Source: a virus
Lineage: Duplodnaviria > Caudoviricetes
Strand: one strand, 5' to 3'
IMG/VR virus record: IMGVR_UViG_3300023179_000128
Coordinates: 1 to 56,911 of that record
Length of the DNA stretch: 56,911 nt
Part shown: one piece after another, positions 29,020 to 35,629 of the stretch
Layout of the letters: every line of letters starts with the position of its first letter
Numbering within the stretch: position 1 is the stretch's first letter
Made by a program: the position numbers and the translations under genes
The notes under the pieces: generated by a model
The model's input: the letters and a program-made list of their open reading frames with translations, nothing else
What the model was told of the DNA's origin: nothing
Database searches by the model: none

Positions 29020-29250
29020 ATGAGTAACAAAAACAACACTCCAACAACACAGACAGCTAAACGTGGACGTCCAATCGTAGCAGGTTCTAAACGCCAAGCA
29101 GTAATGGCAATGCGTGACGCAAAACGCAACTCAGGTATTGAGATCAAACGTGGTCGTCCTAAAAATCCAATTACGGTTCAAGTAGACGTTAAAGCTAAAA
29201 CACGTAAAGTAACTAACAGCGTAGCTGTAGTTGACGTTAACGAGGCTTAA
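29020..29250 (+). CDS. Small basic protein with two AT-hook motifs
   Basis: KRGRP twice (AKRGRPIV, IKRGRPKN). Confidence 0.75.
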   Translation: MSNKNNTPTTQTAKRGRPIVAGSKRQAVMAMRDAKRNSGIEIKRGRPKNPITVQVDVKAKTRKVTNSVAVVDVNEA

Positions 29251-29270
29251 TTAATACATTTAAGGGTTAA

Positions 29271-29296
29271 GAAACGCTCCTAATAGGGGGCGTTTC
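29271..29296 (+). terminator. Hairpin, probable terminator
   Basis: GAAACGCTCCT-AAT-AGGGGGCGTTTC. Confidence 0.65.
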
Positions 29297-29335
29297 ATTA
29301 TAAAGCACAATACGTATTAGAAAAAATAATAGACG

Positions 29336-29584
29336 ATGAATAACTTAACACAGTACCTAACTGAGATTAAAACCGAGTTACAAGAACTATATGAGGATCT
29401 AGACCATGAACTAATGAATAGTGATAATCAGGATCTAATAGACGACTCATATCATAACGTAACATCTAAGCTCGAATCAGCACTATCCGAATTAGAAACA
29501 CTAATTAACGATGTTGATAGCGGTATATATGATAGTGACATAAACAGGTTTGAAGACGACGAGTCGTTAGAGGTCGACGAATAA
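29336..29584 (+). CDS. Highly acidic small protein
   Basis: 25 D/E versus 3 K/R in 82 aa. Confidence 0.7.
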   Translation: MNNLTQYLTEIKTELQELYEDLDHELMNSDNQDLIDDSYHNVTSKLESALSELETLINDVDSGIYDSDINRFEDDESLEVDE

Positions 29585-29843
29585 TAAAGGTGTGTTAGAG
29601 GTCCTCTCGCGGATGTTAGAGGATCTGTCTTGTCAAAGGACCCCCGGTAATTGAGGTCCATCGACGGGAGAGGTTGACCGCGAAAAGAAGGGCATGTGTT
29701 CTTCGATCGTACACACCTCTTCACATCGACGCATATATACTTATATATAACCATTTCGACATACATTCCATGGATTGTAAAGAAGAGATTTTTATAGTCT
29801 TTTTAGTCGACGCAAGGTATATACATATATTTTAAGATCCGGA

Positions 29844-29941
29844 CATTAATAGACTAAGATCAACCAATTGCTTCTTCGGTAGGTCTATTAGTGGAAACAA
29901 CCAGTCACTGTATATCCTAAGGGAAGGTGTGATCGAAGAAG
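29844..29941 (+). ncRNA. Candidate pseudoknotted RNA
   Basis: 12-bp stem 29844-55/29882-93; loop CTTCTTCGGT 29871-80 complements ATCGAAGAAG 29932-41. Confidence 0.5.
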
Positions 29942-29945
29942 ATAT

Positions 29946-30044
29946 AGTCAAGTAGCGGAATGGTAAACGCAGGTCGTAGGTAGCACCACTCACATCCAGC
30001 CTTAAACGTGGTGAGTAATACAGGTTCGAATCCTGTCTTGACTA
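29946..30044 (+). tRNA. tRNA-like RNA with aberrant anticodon arm and long extra arm (isotype undetermined)
   Basis: Acceptor AGTCAAG/CTTGACT; D-arm GCG-GAATGGTAAA-CGC; T-arm ACAGG-TTCGAAT-CCTGT; no canonical 5-bp/7-nt anticodon arm; no encoded CCA. Confidence 0.75.
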
Positions 30045-30045
30045 C

Positions 30046-30074
30046 TATAGTGTATTGATTATTAACGCACTATA
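30046..30074 (+). other. Hairpin immediately 3' of the tRNA-like RNA
   Basis: TATAGTGT...GCACTATA stem. Confidence 0.5.
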
Positions 30075-30086
30075 AAAATGAGCGGC

Positions 30087-30112
30087 TGACCGCGACTTTT
30101 ATGTTATCTTTA
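30087..30112 (+). promoter_or_regulatory. TGACC-N13-TAWMTTTA element
   Basis: TGACC gcgacttttatgt TATCTTTA. Confidence 0.75.
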
Positions 30113-30124
30113 TTATATAATAAA

Positions 30125-30367
30125 ATGACAAAAGATATGAATAACACGAAAGAAAATTTAAAGACATTAATACAGTTACCTATACACCAGTATAATGCAA
30201 TTATTAAGTTAATTAACCCAAAATTAACAAATGAAGATCTACAACCAATGTTTCCAGAAGGTTGGGATGATAATAATAAATGGCCTAAGTTTACAAACAA
30301 TTATGAATCGTTTCGTAAATATCAAATTCAAATTGATGAAGAATTAGAACGCCAAATGGGTTGTTAA
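30125..30367 (+). CDS. Hypothetical early protein
   Basis: Start ATG 30125 or 30137 after TGACC element. Confidence 0.65.
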   Translation: MTKDMNNTKENLKTLIQLPIHQYNAIIKLINPKLTNEDLQPMFPEGWDDNNKWPKFTNNYESFRKYQIQIDEELERQMGC

Positions 30368-30368
30368 T

Positions 30369-30394
30369 TGACCCGGATTCGCTCACTATATTTA
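30369..30394 (+). promoter_or_regulatory. TGACC-N13-TAWMTTTA element
   Basis: TGACC cggattcgctcac TATATTTA. Confidence 0.75.
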
Positions 30395-30412
30395 ATTATA
30401 AATAAAGAAAAT

Positions 30413-30574
30413 ATGAACATAGAATTTACAGGAGCAGAAAAAGTATTATTTAAAGCAACTTATGAGTTTGCAGTTAATATTGAAAAATTAAGTCATGAAG
30501 ACGCAACAGAAAAAGCGATGAATAAAGTGATTATGAAACGTGCATTTTCAAACAAATTAAAATATAGACACTAA
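30413..30574 (+). CDS. Hypothetical early protein (53 aa)
   Basis: Likely start ATG 30413; track start lies in promoter element. Confidence 0.65.
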   Translation: MNIEFTGAEKVLFKATYEFAVNIEKLSHEDATEKAMNKVIMKRAFSNKLKYRH

Positions 30575-30585
30575 ACTAAAAAACT

Positions 30586-30813
30586 ATGGATATGAAAAAT
30601 TTAATGACAAGATTGAGACCAGAAATGGTTGAAGTATTTAACAAACGTAAGGAGTTATATCCACACACAGCAAAATGTTTAGAGAAAGAGTTGGAAACTA
30701 ATTATGTGGTTTCAGATATTAAGTATTCTAGTTTTGTTGAGTTGGAAAGTATAGCTTATGAAGCTAAAGTTGATTACAACAACGGTTGGGATTTTTTTAA
30801 CAATATAATATAA
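30586..30813 (+). CDS. Hypothetical protein
   Basis: Packed ORF. Confidence 0.65.
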   Translation: MDMKNLMTRLRPEMVEVFNKRKELYPHTAKCLEKELETNYVVSDIKYSSFVELESIAYEAKVDYNNGWDFFNNII

Positions 30814-30817
30814 TTTT

Positions 30818-31045
30818 ATGCGAGTAGATTTATGCCAGAGTGAGTTAAATGAGCTTATATACGCCTTAGGTGTAGCTCAACGTGAAGGTAAATTGTTAGA
30901 TAAAAGAATTGCTGACCGAGTAGATATTCAATTACGTAAGGCCCTTGATGCTGAAAATGAACGCCTGGAAAAGGTATTAGAGAAAGATCAGCTTGATCAT
31001 GATATGAATTTTAAATATGCGTTCGCTAAACTTGGTAATTATTAA
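30818..31045 (+). CDS. Hypothetical protein
   Basis: Packed ORF. Confidence 0.65.
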   Translation: MRVDLCQSELNELIYALGVAQREGKLLDKRIADRVDIQLRKALDAENERLEKVLEKDQLDHDMNFKYAFAKLGNY

Positions 31046-31048
31046 TTT

Positions 31049-31300
31049 ATGAATTTTTATCATCTACAAGCATTCATTAACAAAATAAAAAATAAAAAAA
31101 TGGTATTTGAAATTACCGACAAACAAATTTATCGTACAATTCATTGGACGGTTGAAACTGGAGAAGATACTTATTTCGTTCAATGTCAAGAAGATGAAAT
31201 AATGGATTTTTGGCATATTATAAGTGATAATGATGGTATAATTGATCGTGAATCTGAACTTGGTAAACAACTAATTGAGTTGTGTCAAGATGACCTATAA
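31049..31300 (+). CDS. Acidic hypothetical protein (start may be ATG 31100)
   Basis: A-rich leader precedes the internal ATG. Confidence 0.6.
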   Translation: MNFYHLQAFINKIKNKKMVFEITDKQIYRTIHWTVETGEDTYFVQCQEDEIMDFWHIISDNDGIIDRESELGKQLIELCQDDL

Positions 31301-31326
31301 TTGTATATACATATATCTATAAGAGA

Positions 31327-31452
31327 ATGGCAAAGAGAAAGTCGAAAGCAGAACCTAAAATAACCGTTATCAAGCGAGTAGGCAAACCATCTAAATATCA
31401 TCGCTCAAGATTAAAATTAAATAAAGACGGTTCAATAACAGTTTATGAATAA
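31327..31452 (+). CDS. Small basic protein (41 aa), missing from ORF track
   Basis: MAKRKSKAEPKITVIKRVGKPSKYHRSRLKLNKDGSITVYE*. Confidence 0.55.
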   Translation: MAKRKSKAEPKITVIKRVGKPSKYHRSRLKLNKDGSITVYE

Positions 31453-31555
31453 GAGAAAAATTGAAGATTTTTTATATTTCCTAACACTTTGGTTTTCCAC
31501 ATCGGTAATTGTGTTATGGTTAATTGGATTTATTTTTACACTAACAACTAAATAA
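31445..31555 (+). CDS. Small membrane protein (36 aa), missing from ORF track
   Basis: MNKRKIEDFLYFLTLWFSTSVIVLWLIGFIFTLTTK*. Confidence 0.55.
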   Translation: MNKRKIEDFLYFLTLWFSTSVIVLWLIGFIFTLTTK

Positions 31556-31560
31556 AGTTT

Positions 31561-31722
31561 ATGACTTACATCAAACAACTATTGGGTATTAAAACCCATG
31601 TACAAACCAAAATCCAAACTACATTTAGAACTGTAGGTACACATCAACTGCCATATGAAGAGTGGTGTAAAGAGTTGAGAGTTAGTATGTTACACGGAAG
31701 AAGTGTTGTTTACATGGACTAG
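31561..31722 (+). CDS. Small protein (53 aa), missing from ORF track
   Basis: MTYIKQLLGIK...SVVYMD*. Confidence 0.6.
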   Translation: MTYIKQLLGIKTHVQTKIQTTFRTVGTHQLPYEEWCKELRVSMLHGRSVVYMD

Positions 31723-31763
31723 AACGTTAATAATTAATTGTCTATAGCAGGGATGTCCGGGAC

Positions 31764-31870
31764 TTGATTGACCCGGGCTACCTTGCTATCTTTATTATAT
31801 AAGAAGAAACGGGAGAAAAGCGGAACAGGAATAATAGAATTGATTGACCGCAACTGTTTTGATAAATTTA
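31764..31870 (+). promoter_or_regulatory. Tandem pair of TGACC elements, 76 bp apart
   Basis: TGACC at 31769 and 31845, boxes at 31787 and 31863. Confidence 0.75.
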
Positions 31871-31882
31871 AATATAAATAAA

Positions 31883-32722
31883 ATGACAAAAAATATGAAC
31901 ACAAGTATGAAAAAACGTGGTAGACCAAGTAAAAAACAAGTAACTGAGTATCAAGTATCAGTTCCAACATTAATTGATTTTGATATTGTTAAGTTGAACA
32001 ACTTAGATATTGATCCACGAATGATGGAAACAATGAAAAGTGGTATGTCAATTGATGATTTGATTTCACACGAAGGTGGTATACCATGTGCAACTAATAT
32101 TATGTGTATAGGTGATCCAGGAGTTGGTAAAACAACTGTGTTATTGGATTTGTTAGCTGGTGTTCAGAATCGTGGTAGAAAATGTTTGTTCATTTCAGGT
32201 GAAATGGGTAAAAAACAAATGTTCAAATACACACAACGTTTTCCACAATTCGGTAACATTCAAACATTGTTTATGTCTGATTATTTAGAACATAATACTA
32301 AAGATGTAATTGAACAAGTTATGAATATGGGTTGGGATTTGATTTTGATTGATAGTATAGCTGAGATTATTGAAGGTGTTCGTGATGACAATAAATGGGA
32401 TCGTAAGCAAGCTGAATCATGGTTAGTTGATTTGTGTGTTAAGAATAATAAAGGTGAAAATAAACAAGATAAGTTCACATCGTATTTATTGATTCAACAA
32501 GTTACTAAACAAGGTGATTTTGTAGGTTCAAATAAATTAAAACACATGACAGATGCAATGATGGAAATGCGTAGAAGAAGTGATCGTGATGGTGGTGGAA
32601 CATATATGAATTTTATGAAGAATAGAAATGGTAATGTGGATATGCATTTTAGTTATGAACTACAAAACGATTACATTTACTACGGTACAATATCAAAATC
32701 TGAAGTTGGGGAAGATGAATAA
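31883..32722 (+). CDS. RadA/Sms-like RecA-fold ATPase with N-terminal AT-hook
   Basis: KKRGRPSKK; GDPGVGKTT, FISGE, LIDSI, QVTKQGDFVGSNKLKHMTD, KNRNG (cf. RadA KNRFG). Confidence 0.8.
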   Translation: MTKNMNTSMKKRGRPSKKQVTEYQVSVPTLIDFDIVKLNNLDIDPRMMETMKSGMSIDDLISHEGGIPCATNIMCIGDPGVGKTTVLLDLLAGVQNRGRKCLFISGEMGKKQMFKYTQRFPQFGNIQTLFMSDYLEHNTKDVIEQVMNMGWDLILIDSIAEIIEGVRDDNKWDRKQAESWLVDLCVKNNKGENKQDKFTSYLLIQQVTKQGDFVGSNKLKHMTDAMMEMRRRSDRDGGGTYMNFMKNRNGNVDMHFSYELQNDYIYYGTISKSEVGEDE

Positions 32723-32725
32723 TCT

Positions 32726-32751
32726 TCACCTCAGCTCTTTAATTAAATTTA
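32726..32751 (+). promoter_or_regulatory. Variant element (TCACC) overlapping a terminator-like hairpin
   Basis: TCACC tcagctctttaat TAAATTTA; hairpin 32704-32736. Confidence 0.6.
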
Positions 32752-32775
32752 TTATATAAATAAAAATAAAAAAAT

Positions 32776-32937
32776 ATGCAAGTAAAAGAATCAAAAACAA
32801 ATTGGCACTTCAGGATTAGTTTATTTAAATCATGTCTTCGAATTATGGCTGGAGTGACAATGATTAGGGGTGAATTAGTAATATCAGGAGTATTGTTTAT
32901 ATTAGCTGAATTATTAGGTATTATTGAAGAACTTTAA
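32776..32937 (+). CDS. Small membrane protein (53 aa), missing from ORF track
   Basis: MQVKESKTNWHFRISLFKSCLRI...AELLGIIEEL*. Confidence 0.7.
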   Translation: MQVKESKTNWHFRISLFKSCLRIMAGVTMIRGELVISGVLFILAELLGIIEEL

Positions 32938-32949
32938 AAAATAGAAATT

Positions 32950-33174
32950 ATGTATACGAAAAAAGATTTTAAATGTGTTGATGGATTTTATTACATAGGA
33001 AATGTAATTGATGTGGATGGTAATCCGTGGGTTGAAGAAGAACAACTTGAATTGATTATAATGGAACTAAATAATGGTTCTGAAATTGAAGAAATGAAAT
33101 TAGAAAAAAGTGTTGCTTTTGTTCAGTTTACAAACAACATAAACGATTCATTAAATTATATACACTTAAATTAA
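32950..33174 (+). CDS. Hypothetical acidic protein
   Basis: Packed ORF. Confidence 0.6.
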   Translation: MYTKKDFKCVDGFYYIGNVIDVDGNPWVEEEQLELIIMELNNGSEIEEMKLEKSVAFVQFTNNINDSLNYIHLN

Positions 33175-33182
33175 TTACAACT

Positions 33183-34301
33183 ATGAATATAAAAATGAAC
33201 AAGGTATTGCCTGTTATTATTGAACAGCCTTACACTAAAAACACTCCAGAATGGAGAGTTCAAAACTGGTGGAGTTGGGAAAAGTATTTTATTGAAGAAG
33301 TAGAGGCTAATAAAATCTATACTTTGATTGACTTGATTAAGTCACAACCTAAAATAACACCTAAAAAAGGAGATATTATCTATGCTTCTAAAGCAAGTGA
33401 AATACCACGTTTTAAACTTAAAGAGTTTATCAAGGATAATAACTTAAAAAAGACATCTAGAGTTGGAATGGCTAGTGTAGTTATAATTAATAAAGGATAT
33501 TTTAATGAGTTAATTAGTAAATTAAAACGTGATGAATGTAATTTTATTAAAGAAGATTTCATGGATGTTATTATAAAAAAGAGTAAAAATAATTTAAGTG
33601 AAGGTGTTTATAACATTTATAAAAATGCTATTGATAAAAATAAAGTTGGATTTGTTAGACAGGATACCAATCAGTTAAAAGATCTTTTAAAGAAATACCC
33701 AAACCTACTTAATGAGTATACTAATAATACTTTTAAATTAAAAGGAATATCAGTTGATCTTTATCGTGAAAATAGATTGTTAGAGTTATTAAACACTATT
33801 GTTGATAATGAGGTACTTATACAAAGCGGAAAAATGAAATTTGTATTTGATGAAGAGTTATTTGTTGAGTTGAATAAAGAAGGAATTGAACTGGATGATG
33901 ATTATTTAAAAACACTCCGTGATATGCTATTCAGTTCTGATAAATCAAATGTTAAGTTAGGTTTTGAAATGATGTCTAATCTAGTAATTGACCAACCAAC
34001 ACTTTTATCAATGTCATTTTTGTTGAATGAACTATATCATACAACTAATTTTAGACCAAGTTATTATGTATCGTCTAATTCAAATTTAAAGAGTTTATTG
34101 AAGGTATTTAAGACAAAAGGTATACGTTGGGAAAGTGATTGGAAGACATTTGGTACTGGATTGAGAATAAATTTTAAAGATGGTAAGGAAGGAGAAATTG
34201 TTAAGAAGTTTTTGTTAGACAATATTAACCGTGAATTTAAATTAAGTAATTCAGCCGCTGAGAGTTTAGTTGATATTGTTTTTACGACCGAGGCTCAATA
34301 A
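33183..34301 (+). CDS. Hypothetical protein, possible BRCT-like segment
   Basis: GDIIYAS..SEIPRFKLKEFI...ASVVII; precedes VWA/MoxR pair. Confidence 0.55.
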   Translation: MNIKMNKVLPVIIEQPYTKNTPEWRVQNWWSWEKYFIEEVEANKIYTLIDLIKSQPKITPKKGDIIYASKASEIPRFKLKEFIKDNNLKKTSRVGMASVVIINKGYFNELISKLKRDECNFIKEDFMDVIIKKSKNNLSEGVYNIYKNAIDKNKVGFVRQDTNQLKDLLKKYPNLLNEYTNNTFKLKGISVDLYRENRLLELLNTIVDNEVLIQSGKMKFVFDEELFVELNKEGIELDDDYLKTLRDMLFSSDKSNVKLGFEMMSNLVIDQPTLLSMSFLLNELYHTTNFRPSYYVSSNSNLKSLLKVFKTKGIRWESDWKTFGTGLRINFKDGKEGEIVKKFLLDNINREFKLSNSAAESLVDIVFTTEAQ

Positions 34302-34310
34302 TTAAATTTA
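34285..34310 (+). promoter_or_regulatory. Variant element (CGACC)
   Basis: CGACC gaggctcaataat TAAATTTA. Confidence 0.65.
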
Positions 34311-34325
34311 TATAAATAAAAAGAT

Positions 34326-35567
34326 ATGATAAATGATATGCACGGCGACATCGCCAAACACGCCAAAACGTTAATGTTCAAGGAACCGTTTTATGGATTG
34401 TTCCTGATTAGTTTGAATAAAGAAATTAGTGATACTGTTTCAACTGCTTGTGTTGCTAAAGATGGTATTAACACTAAATTAGTTATTAGTCCTAAATTTT
34501 GGGAGACAATATCTGATAGTTGTAAAGTAGCTGTTTTGAAACATGAATTGTTGCATATAGCGTTTAAACACTTACAAATGTTTGATGAGTTTACAGAAAA
34601 AGAATTGTTGAATGTAGCGGCTGATTTAGAAATTAATCAGTATATTGAAGACACTTATAAAGACGAAACTTGGGAGGGCTTAGAAATTGATAAAGCACCT
34701 TGGGCTGCTCTTAATTTACCTATTAAAGCGGGTACTAGAAAATATTATGAGTTGATTTTACAAGAATGTAAAAATAATCCGAATGGAGATGTTTGTAAGT
34801 TTTTAGACGCTATGAAAGATGCAAATGGTGATGGTGAGTCAAGAAAAATTACATTAGGTGATGGTACTGAAGTTGAAGTAAAAGCATCTCATGAGTTTTG
34901 GAAACAGTTTGAGAACATGGATGAGGCAGAAAAAAAATTGATGGAAAAACAAATTGAACATCAACTTAAAGACACTGCTGACCAAGTACAAAGACAAAGA
35001 GGACATATACCCGGTGAATTGAAAGAATTGATTGATAGTTTATATGTGAGTGAAGAGCCAGTACTTGATTGGAGAGCTTATTTGAGACGTTTTAATGGTA
35101 TGGCTAGTAAAGTTTATACTAAGAAAACAAGACGTAAACCAAATAAACGTTTTTATGGTAATCCAGCTCTTAAAATCAAACAAAAGAAAAACACATTAGT
35201 TGCTATTGATACATCAGGTTCAGTTAGTAAAGATGATTTGAAAGAATTTTTAAGTGAAATTCATCATATCTGGAAGACAGGAACTCAAATGACTGTAGTT
35301 GAGTGTGATGCTGCAATTGGTCGTGTTTATGAATATAAAGGTAAAACACAAGAAGCATTAGAAGTAACAGGACGTGGTGGAACAAGTTATGAACAAGTAA
35401 TAAGATATCTTAAAGATCATAAAGACAAATATCAGAATTTGATTTACTTAACTGATGGTGAATGTGAGGTTGATACACAACCATGTAAACCAACTTTATG
35501 GGTTCATTGTTCAGGAAGAAAAATTAATGAGTCATTACCAGGTGCTAAGGTACAAATTAATTCATAA
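34326..35567 (+). CDS. Metallopeptidase-VWA protein (DUF2201-like)
   Basis: KHELLH, NVAADLEIN, VAIDTSGS (MIDAS), GRGGT, YLTDG. Confidence 0.88.
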   Translation: MINDMHGDIAKHAKTLMFKEPFYGLFLISLNKEISDTVSTACVAKDGINTKLVISPKFWETISDSCKVAVLKHELLHIAFKHLQMFDEFTEKELLNVAADLEINQYIEDTYKDETWEGLEIDKAPWAALNLPIKAGTRKYYELILQECKNNPNGDVCKFLDAMKDANGDGESRKITLGDGTEVEVKASHEFWKQFENMDEAEKKLMEKQIEHQLKDTADQVQRQRGHIPGELKELIDSLYVSEEPVLDWRAYLRRFNGMASKVYTKKTRRKPNKRFYGNPALKIKQKKNTLVAIDTSGSVSKDDLKEFLSEIHHIWKTGTQMTVVECDAAIGRVYEYKGKTQEALEVTGRGGTSYEQVIRYLKDHKDKYQNLIYLTDGECEVDTQPCKPTLWVHCSGRKINESLPGAKVQINS

Positions 35568-35593
35568 TGACCTCGATTCTTAACTTAAATTTA
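35568..35593 (+). promoter_or_regulatory. TGACC-N13-TAWMTTTA element
   Basis: TGACC tcgattcttaact TAAATTTA, abutting upstream stop. Confidence 0.72.
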
Positions 35594-35629
35594 ATTATAA
35601 ATTAATAACGCAAAAAAATAATAAAGGCT

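Noticed and set aside
29856-29881. SAM-II riboswitch-like loop (GATCAACCAATTGC)
   Set aside because: The downstream pairing partner expected for SAM-II is absent and no metabolic gene follows
30045-30086. Theta (HDV-like) ribozyme 3' of the tRNA-like RNA
   Set aside because: Only a simple hairpin is visible, not the nested double pseudoknot
24465-31882. ORF-track starts at 24465, 28463, 30101, 30368 and 31844
   Set aside because: They begin inside the promoter element; other copies are out of frame with their genes, so downstream ATGs are the likelier starts
19782-35593. TGACC elements as a CRISPR array or integron attC sites
   Set aside because: Copies are separated by whole genes, are not palindromic, have a 13-nt variable core and match promoter geometry; no integrase is visible
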